Assembly (NCBI GenBank): GCA_964016885.1
Contig: OZ024746.1
Span: forward strand, 75,702,001 to 75,766,000
Length of the DNA: 64,000 bases
Reading direction: 5' to 3'
DNA from: Eledone cirrhosa
Taxonomy: Eukaryota
Below, piece after piece: positions 52,496-64,000 of the stretch. Under the pieces are notes generated by a model. It ran no database searches. It saw only the letters and a list, made by a program, of their open reading frames with translations, and was not told where the DNA came from. Every line of letters starts with the position of its first letter. Positions within the stretch are counted from its first letter, which is position 1. Made by a program: the position numbers and the translations under genes.

Positions 52496-52638
52496 GTAAT
52501 TGATCAAAAGAACATCTATTTTATTAATATTTATATTTTAATATTAATAACTCCGGAAAATTATTGTTTCGTAGAGTGCTTCCAATCTACTGTAAAACTC
52601 ATTCTTTGACATACTCATTGAATATTGTTTAACACTTT

Positions 52639-52673
<35 letters not shown>

Positions 52674-53153
52674 TGATGTGAATATATTAGACATATACAC
52701 ACACACAGTACGTCAAATAAATGTACTAACACTTCAGGAAAAGAAAAACTAGTATAAATATATATATATAAACACATACACATACATACAAAAGATCAAT
52801 TCCCTTGTTGAGATATATCTAATTGAATGTGTATATCTTTTCCTGAAGTATGAATATTATTTAGGCCCTTTATGATCTGAGTTCAAATCCTGCCGAGGTT
52901 AGAAGTAGAAAGAATTATTTATTAGCGGACTCACTCTTTCTCTGTCAATAAAGATTGTTACACATTACTAATTATCAACGTTACTGTGTATAGATGCATA
53001 TATAAACATCACTCAATACAGTTTACTAACTGTCAATTTTAATATATACATGTATATATAAACAACAATCCATACTCACATTTTACTACGTACGACTTTT
53101 ATAAAAATAATATCACAAAAGATAGAAAACATGGCGATATATACATGAATTTG

Positions 53154-53236
53154 ATTGGTCGTCTCACATCACGTGGTCATAAAATGTTTTTTTTTTAAAT
53201 TTGTCAACGAATTCCACATCAAGGGAGATCACTCTC
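53154..53236 (-). promoter_or_regulatory. E-box-N11-CCAAT module plus GGGAGATCAC motif (possible promoter of gene G)
   Basis: ATTGG-N11-CACGTG at 53154-53175; AAGGGAGATCACTCTC at 53221; minus-strand GTGAGT donor near 53079. Confidence 0.5.
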
Positions 53237-53646
53237 AATTTACATAGACTGTATGTGAGCAAAACTCAAAATGTGATCGAAACGTTTTAGAACATTCTAA
53301 AATAATTAAGGGTTTGAATGTAAAGTTTTCAGTAATTTGACAGATTAATGTATTCGAAGGTAAGGTGAGTCTATTCTACAGATACATACACGCGCGTGCA
53401 ATCTTTTTATACAGAAAACATGATTGCACCACGGCTCACCTTAAATATTAACTTTGCGACTGCCCCAAATGATAGACCTCTGGAGATCTCTCGTGGAGAA
53501 CGTTCATCCTTAACATTGCTAAGACAGAATCTCAAAGACTAGCCTTTTCCCTTCAAAGTCAGAAAATACTTGAACTGCTATCCCTCTACAAATCTCAGGT
53601 GAAAATCACACTGGAATACTGCTCTCGCGTCTGGGATATCACTATA

Positions 53647-54075
53647 TACCATTGTAGTATTTGTGCGAAAACCTTTCTTCGAAAAGGTGAACTTTCAGTT
53701 CATAAATATACCCATACAGGTGAAAAACCATACTAATGTGACATTTGGGAAGACGAATTTACTTCTAATGGTTCATTAAAACGTCATAAATATATTCATA
53801 CAGGTGAAAAGCCATATAAATGTGACATTTGTGAGAAAGCATTTACTAGAAAGCATGATGTTTTAATTCATAAATATATACACACTGGTGAAAAACCACA
53901 TAAATGTGATATTTGTGAGAAATCATTTATTAGAAAATGTGACCTTTCAGCTCATTTATATTGTCATACGGAGGAAAAACCATACAAATGTGATACTTGT
54001 GGGAAAGAATTTTCTAGTAATATTTCATTAACAAGACACAAAAAGATTCACATTGGGGAAACAACATCTGTGTGA
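53647..54075 (+). pseudogene. 5'-truncated C2H2 zinc-finger relic (5 fingers) of a different subfamily
   Basis: Translates [37 protein letters not shown]...; internal stop, lost Cys, no start codon. Confidence 0.8.
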
Positions 54076-54349
54076 AAGTTTTGTGAGGAATGTTCTTCAA
54101 AATTTAAATTGACAGATGAAAACTTGTCCCGGTACAATTGAGAAGCATTATCAATGACATATTTCAATTTCTTTCAATCATTGAAATAAATTTTCTTAAA
54201 TATCAACCAATTAAATACAGGTTTTTCTGATTCTTTCATTGTCCTGTTTGTCTAATCTAGTAACTTTTCAAATTTCTTTCCTAGTAAAAAAACATGTTTT
54301 AACTTAAGGACAACTGTGCATAGGTGAATATGTTACTCTTTTGACATGT

Positions 54350-55400
54350 GATCTCCCATCACTGTCAAGACCAGCTTTTGAAAGCGCAATATGATGACAG
54401 TAAAGGTGAGATTGTCTCTTGTCCCTTTACTCTATGAAACTTCAACAGTTTGCAGTTGATATATTTCACTATTTGATGGACAAAACATTTTTTCTGAAAT
54501 TGCACGTTGTTCTTCCTAGTTACTGACTTCCATTCATTTCTATTCAGTGCAAGATGTTCCCAATATATTGGGCAAAGATTGAAGGGTAACTTTTGTGACA
54601 ATGATATTTCATTTTAAGTTTGTGGTGGGGAGACTTACTGAGAATTATTCACCATAAAGTAATTGTTTTGAAAGCTTGAAATCAAGATGGATGACATGCC
54701 CACCCCATTACATATGACATTTGATAAGGAAACATTCAATACTAAGGCATTCCACCCTTTCCAGCACTTCTGTATCAGGTGTAAAATATTTCCAACTGAT
54801 GCTTACTGTATGCATTAAAAGAAAAACACTCTGCTGAAGCCTTCCAAGGATTTGAACATGTCACTATTGTATCCATCTCTCTGATGATTATGGTAAGGAT
54901 GTAATAATGCAGGCTATCATAGTTAGAAAGCTTTGTGGAAAGTTTCAAATCCGTTTAACTAGACTTGTTTTTCAAGTGCTCACTCCAAATGCAATGAAAA
55001 CCTTATCAACTCTTGAGTTGGTCTCAGAATTCAAGGATCTCTCCTTAGTGACAAAGCTACCAAGATACATAAAATAAACATCAAGTCTCATTATCAGAAC
55101 AAGTATATTTGGTTCCACATGGCTCACTTGGAGCAGATGTAATCATCTCTTAAGTTTGGACTTTTTTTCTTCTGCTATATTGCAAGTCTTAAAGCAGTAC
55201 AGACACAGTAGAAGAGATTCATTACTTTCTGAGATATAACAGCCTTCAATTTAGCTTTGATAATTCTCACACAACTTACCTGTTGTGTGATAGTGGACAA
55301 AGTTAGCTAGTTCACAATCCTGAAATGTATGGATAATTATAGCTGCAAAATATATGTAGAATAAAGTGCAGGTATATTCCCCTGCTTGACACCTTTGTTC
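54350..55400 (-). mobile_element. Old RTE/BovB-like LINE remnant
   Basis: RC has GVKQG at ~55395, YLGS at ~55060 and WEHLALNRNEW near 54540. Confidence 0.55.
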
Positions 55401-55413
55401 ACAGGTTCACTTC

Positions 55414-55600
55414 TAATAATTGTTTCTACTTTTGGCACAAGACCAGCAATTACACAGTGTATTACTGGTACTTTATTTTATCAACCCCATAAGGATGAAA
55501 AGCAAAGTTAACCTCGGCAGGATTTGAACTCAGAATAGCAAGGGCCGTAACTCCATCCGTCAAAGCATGGCGTCCGACCCTCTACTGATACTGCCAATCC
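55414..55600 (-). mobile_element. SINE, second family
   Basis: Near-identical to 24677-24852. Confidence 0.8.
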
Positions 55601-55722
55601 ACCAATGCAGTTGAATGAAATCAATGGCTCATGTATTGTAATAATGGAGGTGATGGGCTTTGGTAATATAGTGTCAATCACAATCAGTTTTTCTTGATTA
55701 TGTCAGTGGAGCAGACATTTAA

Positions 55723-55905
55723 CCTTTTAGCATTTAAACTGACCATATCTGGCCAGAATTCCCACAACTCTTTCTGTTCAAACCGATGTTAAGGTATGAC
55801 TCTAAAAGTAAATAATATTAAAATTTCAGATTCTATATTATGCGAGATAAAGTGTTTACTGTGAAAATACAATAGTACATATAGAGTAATGTAAATGCTA
55901 AAGGG
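55723..55905. mobile_element. piggyBac-like MITE (other copies 60310-60503 and, truncated, 45212-45372)
   Basis: TTAA-CC(C/T)TTTAGCATTTA...TAAATGCTAAAGGG-TTAG. Confidence 0.65.
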
Positions 55906-56439
55906 TTAGATCACTGAGTGAGAGTGGTGGAAAAGGTTGATGTGGATCATGAATGGAGGTACAATGAAGTTTTTGTTCATGGATCACCTTGCACTTCACA
56001 TGATGGAAAGGTAGGAGTCTTTCTATTGAACTTTACTCAGTCAGTTGGTGACAATTTTAAGCATAATTTTATTTTCTGTTATTAAATGCCCAGCTGCCTC
56101 TAATTTAACTTCTGTTATTTTAAAAAAAATTGCTATTTAAGCTCATTAATCCAGAAAATATCAAGGATACCAGTTCAGACAAAAAATATTTATCATGAGG
56201 TTGATATTTAAATAATTGAACAGAATGTTAGGTGTGTTTTTATTAAGAAAGAAATCAGAAAAATTACTGAATTAAAACAGGACAATAAAAGGATCCGAGA
56301 AAAACTTTATTTAATCGGTTGGTTTCTAAGAATACTTATTTCAGTAAAAATGTCAATATTGCTTTTCAATTGTACCAGGACACATTTTCATCTGTCAACT
56401 TACATTTTGTAAAGAATTCTTCTACAAAACTTTCACACA

Positions 56440-56568
56440 GCTTAGATTGATTCCTCAATGTGAACCTTCTCGTGTTTTGTTAATGAAATATTTCTAGAAA
56501 ATTCTTTCCCCCAAATATCACATTTGTATGGTTTTTCCTCAGTATGACTATATAAATGAATTCAAAGC
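56440..56568 (-). pseudogene. Last 1.5 fingers of an inverted paralogue of the 53647-54075 relic
   Basis: Reverse complement reads [33 protein letters not shown]; 3' flank also homologous. Confidence 0.75.
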
Positions 56569-56585
56569 TCCCGAGCTCTAACAAA

Positions 56586-57666
56586 GGACTCCAGATACAA
56601 GTAGGTGCACATCAGGGTTCGGTCCTCAGCCTGCTCATATTCATTATAGTCCTCCAAGCCATAACATAGGAGTTTAAGACTGGATGCCCATGGGAACTTC
56701 TCTATGCTGATGATCTGGTTCTTATAGCAGAATAAGTAGAGGAGCTAGAGAATAAATGGAAACAGCAGTTGGAATCAAGAGGACTGAGAGTGAACATAGC
56801 TAAGACAAAATTGCTGATGAGTAGAAGAGAGGACAATACTCCGATTCCATCAGGGAAATGGCCATGTTTGATATGTAGGAAAGGAACTGGCATAAATACC
56901 ATAAAATATACACAATGCAGATCTTGGGTACACAAGATATGTAGTGGGATAGCAGGCAAACTAACAGGTAGGGAAAACTACGTATGCAGTAGATGTACAA
57001 GGAAAGTTGGCAGTAGTAATCGCAGTGATAGACACATTTTTCCAATGGAGGTGGGTTCTATAGAAGTGGTTGATAGCTTCTGGTATCTAGGTGATCATAT
57101 TAACATGGGAGGGGAGGGGGGTTCCGAGGCGATAGTATCTAGAATAAGGACAGGTTGGAAGAAGTTTAGGGAGCTGCTTTCTCTTGACAAAGAAGGGCTT
57201 CTCTCTGCGTACGAAAGGACGGTTATATGATGCCTGTGTGAGATGCGTGATGCTGCATGGTAGTGAGACATGGGGAGTAGCTGCAGAGGATATGCGACGG
57301 CTGGAGAGAAATGAAGCAAGTATGCTCCGTTGGATGTGTGTGTACGACCAAGCATAGATGAGTTGAGAAAGAAACTGGGTATAAGAGGGATAAGTTGTGG
57401 TGTGCAGGAGAGAAGGCTGAGATGGTATGGACATGTGATGCGCATGGAGGATGACCGCTGGGTAAAAAAGTGCCAAGAAATCCCAGTAGAAGGAAGACAC
57501 AGTAGAGGTAGACCACGAAAACATGGGCGGAGGTGGTGAGAACAGACCTCAGATCGCTGAAACTCACCGAGGAGATGACGATGGACCGTGACAGATAGTG
57601 TGCTGAATATGACCCGTCCAACCCTTGCAAGCAGGGAAAAGCGGACGTAAAATGATGATGATGATG
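56586..57666 (+). mobile_element. Duplicate of the RTE LINE at 41068-42840, cut at the duplication breakpoint
   Basis: Aligns to 41729-42840 and has the same 3' junction. Confidence 0.9.
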
Positions 57667-57752
57667 ATCTCAGATCTATAGTTTTACTCACATGTGAATA
57701 AGTTTATATGCAGATAGGTTGCAAATTTTAGAAAATGTATTCCCCACAAAAC

Positions 57753-59123
57753 TCAGTGGTCAGGTTTGTTTCCATCATTAACAATACATTTATGAGTTGA
57801 TTTAGAATCACTACGAGCAAATGATTTCCCACAAATAACACAGCTGTATGGTTTTTCCCCAGTGTGAGTACGTTTATGCCTTATTACACACCTTAAACTA
57901 GAGAATGTTTTGCCACAGATATCACAATGTAGTTTTTTCCCAGTATGAATACCTTTATGTGCAAATAAGATACCACTAGTTGAAAATTTCTTTCCACAGA
58001 TTTCACAGTGATATGGCTTCTTTCCAGTGTGTGTACGTTTGTGGACTGTTAAAATACCTTTTCTAGAAAATGCGTTCCCACATATATCACAATGGTGTGG
58101 TCTTTCCCCAGTGTGAACATGTTTATGTATTATTAAGGTGGTTTTATGTGAAAATTCTTTCCCACAAACTTCACAGTGATATGGTTTCTCTCCAGTGTGA
58201 ATACGCCAGTGTCTTTTTAAAGTACTATTTTCAGAAAATGCCTTGCCACAAATTTCACAATGATATGGTTTTTCACCAGTGTGCGTACGTGTGTGTTTGA
58301 CTAAACTACATCTATCTGAAAATTCCTTTCCACAAACCCTACAATGATATGGTTTCTCTCCAGTGTGAATACGTTTGTGTAATTTTAGAACATATTTTTC
58401 AGGAAATGCTTTCCCACATATTTCACAGTGGTGTTTTTTTTCTCCAGTATGTACACGTTTATGTCTTAGTAAACTCTGTCTACTTGAATATTGTTTCTCA
58501 CATATTTCACAAGGATATGGTTTTTCTCCAGTGTGAGTACGTTTGTGTACTATTAAAGACTCTTTTACAGAAAATGCTTTCTTACATATTTCACAGTGGT
58601 ATGGTTTTAAGTGTACACCTCTGTGTTGTTCACAGCCAGTTACATGAGAAAAAGCTTTGCCACAAACATCACACTTGTATGGTTTTTCTCCAGTGTGTGT
58701 ACGTTTATGTCTTGCTAAATTACAAAGTTGAGAAAATAGTTTCCCACAGATTTTACAGTGGTATGGCTTTTCTCCAGTGTGAATAAGTTTATGACTTCTT
58801 AAAGTAAGAATCATCGAAAATGTTCTGCCACATATTTCACAGTGATACGGTTTCTCTCCCGTGTGAGTACGTTGGTGTATCTTTATATAACTTTTAGTAG
58901 AAAAAGCTTTCCCACAAATCTCACAGTGATATGGTTTATCTCCAGTGTGTGTACGCTTGTGTTCCGTTAAATAAGCTTTTACAGAAAATGATTTTTCACA
59001 TATTTCACAGTGGTATGGTTTTTCTCCTGTATGGGTGCACTCGTGAATAGACAAATTACATTTTGTAGTAAGTATTTTCCCGCAAATATTACATTTGTAA
59101 CGTTTTTTTGTTTTCTGAAACAT
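57753..59123 (-). CDS. C2H2 zinc-finger array protein H (16 fingers), colinear with A and G
   Basis: 456-aa intact ORF; homologous acceptor near 59233. Confidence 0.9.
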   Translation of the reverse strand: MFQKTKKRYKCNICGKILTTKCNLSIHECTHTGEKPYHCEICEKSFSVKAYLTEHKRTHTGDKPYHCEICGKAFSTKSYIKIHQRTHTGEKPYHCEICGRTFSMILTLRSHKLIHTGEKPYHCKICGKLFSQLCNLARHKRTHTGEKPYKCDVCGKAFSHVTGCEQHRGVHLKPYHCEICKKAFSVKESLIVHKRTHTGEKPYPCEICEKQYSSRQSLLRHKRVHTGEKKHHCEICGKAFPEKYVLKLHKRIHTGEKPYHCRVCGKEFSDRCSLVKHTRTHTGEKPYHCEICGKAFSENSTLKRHWRIHTGEKPYHCEVCGKEFSHKTTLIIHKHVHTGERPHHCDICGNAFSRKGILTVHKRTHTGKKPYHCEICGKKFSTSGILFAHKGIHTGKKLHCDICGKTFSSLRCVIRHKRTHTGEKPYSCVICGKSFARSDSKSTHKCIVNDGNKPDH

Positions 59124-60672
59124 TTTAGCAATGGAACTTCAGGAAGATATTCTAGGAAGATAAATCTCTCTCCTAACACTGTTAACTTACAGCATGTCCT
59201 ACAGAAAATCTTCCTTCAAACTGAAATATATCCTGAAATAAAATAAAATAAATATTAGATGCTTAATATCAATATATTGTGTAACGTGGTACACCTTAAC
59301 ATTTCACAGTTGTCATACTCAAAGACTAGTGGATCATGATATTTATCTGTTTGCAATGTTCAGTTTCCAAGAATTGATTATCACTTCCCATGAAAACAAC
59401 AACTCATTCATAAATATCAAAATATGCATATTTTACCAATTATCTTATTTACAGATTATAACCAGTCATATCTAGGTAAATAGGAGAGCTTAATGAAACA
59501 GAACTGGTCTTGTAAAAGTCAGCTCTCAATGAAATATGTATATCTCTTTAAATATATGGTATGAACATGTGATGCGTATGAAGGAGGACAGCCATATAGA
59601 AAGGTGCAGGGTGCTCAAAGTTGATGGAAGCTATGGAGTAGGAAGACCTAAGAAGACTTGGGATGACCTTGTATAATTGCACCTTTTAAAATTGACCACA
59701 TACAATCGAGATCTCTGGCATTATACAGTAATACACAAGACCCACTTTCCTATGTGCACGGGTTGAAGCATTTTTTTGGTATGCACCACCATCCCCACCA
59801 TACACCTCATATATCCTAACACTTCACCTCACCCTAGATCTACCTCTCCAATCCCCACACACTACTTCCCAGTCCACACTGTAAAGTGGTCATTTTGGTG
59901 TCACAATAAAAAGCACCCAGTACATACTGTAAATCTGGTTGGTTTTAAAGAGGGCATCTAGTCGTAGAAACCAAACCCAAATCAATTCCGTTTGAGTAAG
60001 ACATGGTCATCTGATCTGGTTAGTCTCACAACAGGACAACTTGTCTAATAGCATGGAAAAATGGACGTTTAACAGTGACGACGATGATGTATATTTATAT
60101 ATATGTATGGAGTTCAAATCTATGTGCTAGAAATAGAAGTAAATTCTCACCCCATTTTTCCATTTTCAGAAAATAAGTTGACAGGTTGACGAGGGTCAGA
60201 TTACTTGAAAACAGATGAAAGATCTTAATTATTATAAATTTTATATATATACATATATATATCAATTTGATTAAAATAACAGGATGCCAGACAAGTGATA
60301 GCCCGTTAACCCTTTAGCATTTAAACCAGCCATATCCAACCAGAATTCTCTGTTTAAACTAGCCATAACCGGCTGCTCATACTTATGTTACGGTATTGCT
60401 CTCAAAATCTCATAGCTTCAATATTATGTGAGATAATTCTGTGAAATAAAGTGTTTACTGTGAAAATACAAAAGTAAATATAGAATAATGTAAATGCTAA
60501 TGGTTTTATTGTTGCAAAAAAAAACTATATATATTTCAATTTACTCTTAATTATTTTTTTTCACTTATTTAACAGGCCATTCAACACAACTTTCATTACT
60601 TTTTATAAATTTTTGTTTAATCTGTTTGTGTTTATCGTAATTTCTTTTATTGATTAACTAGTTATGCAATCT

Positions 60673-60730
60673 GCACCTGATGATGTTGCCAGGATCTTAT
60701 GTAACTAGGCCATTGAAATATATATAGTGT
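60673..60730 (+). ncRNA. Degenerate minimal hammerhead in a Penelope-like remnant
   Basis: GCAC-CTGATGA-(imperfect stem II)-GAAA-TATATA-TA-GTGT; 60712-60748 recurs inverted at 60502-60540. Confidence 0.5.
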
Positions 60731-61087
60731 TTTTTGAAACAATAAAACTTTAAAGGGGTATCTCCAGTTCGGCCTCCTGTTGTTTTAATCAATAAATATT
60801 TAACTCCGTTCCAGCACCAGCCATGAGAGTCAACATCAATGATGACAAGTTGCGTAACAGAGTGCTTCTCCTACTATTACATTATGGTTAACTAAACAGA
60901 ATGACCATTGGTGAACCACAAAACATAAATGTATATATTTATATATGAATATATATATATATATATATATAGCAGTAATAGGTAAGTAAAAATCCAAGGT
61001 GTAGAGCAATTCAAGTATGTAGGGCGAGTTTGAATGTAATTATTCTGATTTGTTACTACAAGAGTGCCATACCAGATACGTATATTT

Positions 61088-61495
61088 CGTTGGTCATTGA
61101 TGACCAACTTGTTCAACCTGTGCCAATGAAAATGAACCGTGTTTACTCATATTGGTGAAAAAAGAAGAGTCAAACCAAGGCCTGGAAATCATGTAATGAT
61201 GAAAAGTGGTGATATTGAATAATCTCCACAATATCAATACACTTAACAAACAAGCACCCAGTCAATCCTGTTATATGGTCATTTTGTGCCACAATAAAAA
61301 GCCTTTTTTCACTAATATGGTTGGCATTTGGAAGGGCATCAAGTTAAAATACAGATCTGTCTCCCTTACACCATCTAGATTATCTGCTCTTGGTTTGACT
61401 ATCTTCGCTTACTTTTTTTTTGCCACCATGAGTAAACATTTTCCAGTTCATTTTCATCAGCACAGGTTCAACAAGTTGGTCATCAATGACTAACG
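61088..61495. mobile_element. MITE-like element with ~90-bp inverted arms and an internal SINE fragment
   Basis: CGTTGGTCATTGATGACCAACTTGTTCAACCTGTG / CACAGGTTCAACAAGTTGGTCATCAATGACTAACG. Confidence 0.65.
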
Positions 61496-62958
61496 GACGT
61501 AGTCACTTGACCTCACAACACATCTAACCTATGCAAGGGTGGAAAAATAGACATTAAATGATGATGATGATTATATATATAATATCAGTCCATATTCAGT
61601 TCCCTAATCAAAATATATAAAATATTAATGTATACAGTATTTACTTATGTATAAGTCCACTTATAATGTGACCATTGCTTTCTTTCATAGATCAATACTG
61701 GTAGGCTTAAATTCATCATAATCATTTTACTTCTACTTTCCATGCTGGCAGAGGTTATTTCAGTCCTTGGTAAAATTTTAAGACATAATTATTAACAAAT
61801 AAATATCATTAATTAAACAAATTATTTGTTTCTTTGTTTTTGTACATGGTCACACAAAAATATTAATAGAATCAAGATTTGTAGATACATTTGCTTTTAT
61901 TCAAAACTGAGTGATTTGCTTGTGGCAGTAACCATACTAGAAAGCTCCTTTGCACTGGGCCTCCCTGCTACATAGTCTAGTTTCTTTCTTTTTGTTCCTT
62001 TCAAAATGAATAAATCATCATCCACTAAAGTTTTGCTTGTGGTTAATTCTCTTGTGTGTCAGATATCATATATTTTATATCGGAGTGCACCTACTTATGT
62101 TTAATGGCTTTCTTGGGCAATCTTGTTAGTGGGTCAATCGGTGGTGTGTGTGTTCCTAAAATGTTTTTTTCTTTGCATAGTTTAAAGAGTCAGTTTGTGA
62201 TTAGATATGGTGTTCGATACTTATCTGTCCGGATATTTTATGTGGTGGCTTCAAGTAGTATTGAGAAGAAAAGAAGGTGGAGGAGGAAATTTTGCAGTGT
62301 TTTCATTGGCTTTAGTTCCTGATAACTTTTTTAATAATGCATATTTTTAAATGAAATTTTACAGAAACATTTTCGAAGGTGTGTTTAATTTTAATTATTA
62401 CATTTAAAAAATACTTTCATTATTTTACATTTGTAAGTAGGCTAAACATAAACTCGAAAATTTGTTTATCATGCCTTATAATTTCATATTATAGATCTTC
62501 TATAAGAACGCAATATCATTTCTACAATAATGAATTCCAGAATATATATTGATGAATCATAATCTACACCTTCGGAAATGTATCTCTGCAAAAAATTCAT
62601 GATAAAATATGCATTAAGTAACAAATATGGTGTGAGAGGCACTAGACAAGTAAAGCCGCAAAAGTTACCTAGCACCAGGTACGCACATGATATAACTATC
62701 CTTCATGACAACCAATAATTTCCGCCGTTCTTGCAAAACTTATATTGTGGACATGCATTATAGGATAAACATATACATAGCTAAGTTCAAGCAGGAAAAG
62801 TCAATATCTCAGTGATGTAAACATGTGCGAACGAAGATACATGCAAAGTTGAGACAGGAACCCACTGTCTAATTCTTCATTTATACAAGGTATTTGTATA
62901 TATTTTAAGTTGCTTAAATAGTGAGCAAAATATATTGAAGTGTAAAATCAATCGATAC

Positions 62959-63003
<45 letters not shown>

Positions 63004-63583
63004 ATAACAAGTAGGGACAAGGTGTCAAATTATCATTAAGTTCATTCAGGTGTGACACACGTTTCGCGATTGATCAGATCAAGATTCGAACTCTATTGAT
63101 CGGGCTCGATTCTGTAATCAAAAACTCATCTGACTTCTGTTTGCTTACATATGTATGTGTGCTCTTGTAACATTAGTACACGAGTAAGCATTCGCGAATC
63201 TTATAGTTGCAGTTAATTAGTTACATGTAAGTGCTCTTCCTGTAGCAACAGAAAAAATCTAGGGTCTTGAAGGCAGGCCAAAAGAGCGTACATATACTAT
63301 TATGGTTAACCAACAATACCTAAGAATGTATGTATACTAACCCCTGCAAACATTCTTAGGTTATTAAATATCAATACATACTTAAGCCCATACCACTGAT
63401 ACGTCTCAGCTCATCTACGATGAGGAACTTTGCATATATAAACAGCAGTTAACTATTAACATCAATATACATATATCATCATATATATGTGTGTGTGTGT
63501 GTGATTGCCTCAAACAACTCGATTAGTACTTGCTATATGGAGGCTACAACTTCAATTCATACCCAATATTATATACATATATA

Positions 63584-64000
63584 CAGGGTGCGAACGGTAT
63601 TTGAGGACAGATTTATGGTTTTAAAAAAATGCTTATATAATAACAGAAAAAAAAAGTGTAGTCTTATAAAAATAACATAAACATAAAGCTAAATTATCAA
63701 TTTAATAATTTCATTCAATAAAACCACCATAAGCATCAATAACTGCTTCTACACGGGGTCGAAATCGTTTGCAAAGTCGGATTAAGTTCATATCGGACAT
63801 GACTCAAATTATGGCGGCTTTCAAAGAATCTTAGGTGCTATGGGGGTGTTCATTGACATTTTTCTCAACGATGCTCCATACATAGTCCAGTGCATTGAGA
63901 TCTGGAGAATTAGGAGTCCAAATGTTGGGGGGTGATGTGATCATGCAAATTGTCAGCCATCCATTCTTGTGTCATTTGAGCCTTGTGTGATGGTGCAGAA
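63584..64000 (-). mobile_element. Duplicate of the mariner element, cut by the window edge
   Basis: Aligns with 49127-49539. Confidence 0.88.

Larger units (their letters stand above)
52236..52539. repeat. ~148-bp-arm palindrome with 8-nt loop; probable inverted Penelope-like terminal repeats
   Basis: Arms 52236-52383 and 52392-52539 with few mismatches; each carries a hammerhead core. Confidence 0.85.
56586..64000 (+). repeat. Segmental duplication of ~41729-49539
   Basis: Colinear high identity through LINE, ZNF gene, intron and mariner, with large indels. Confidence 0.92.

Overview
AT-rich animal genomic DNA, most likely an octopus (inferred from YHCEICGK-type fingers, (TA)n/(CAT)n microsatellites and the SINE/RTE content). 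The window is a tandem cluster of C2H2 zinc-finger genes with no recognisable effector domain, labelled A-H here. A, B, C, D, E and H are intact (12-19 fingers), G is truncated, F is decayed, and two relics belong to another subfamily. Each ORF lies in one exon behind a homologous splice acceptor; homologous 5' non-coding exons are visible for A-E. Between the genes are RTE and CRE/HERO-like LINE fragments, tRNA-derived SINEs, a mariner/maT element, Merlin-derived elements, MITEs and Penelope-like remnants. Roughly 41.7-49.5 kb is duplicated at about 56.6-64 kb. Most notable: (i) a constant finger core plus variable N-terminal fingers, with the young paralogues G/H differing preferentially at base-contacting residues; (ii) a ~220-bp tract identical in B, C and D; (iii) a repeated E-box-N11-CCAAT promoter module; (iv) a 2.2-kb run of foldback elements containing minimal hammerhead ribozymes and a histone-type stem-loop. 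All comparisons were made by eye, so repeat boundaries are approximate.
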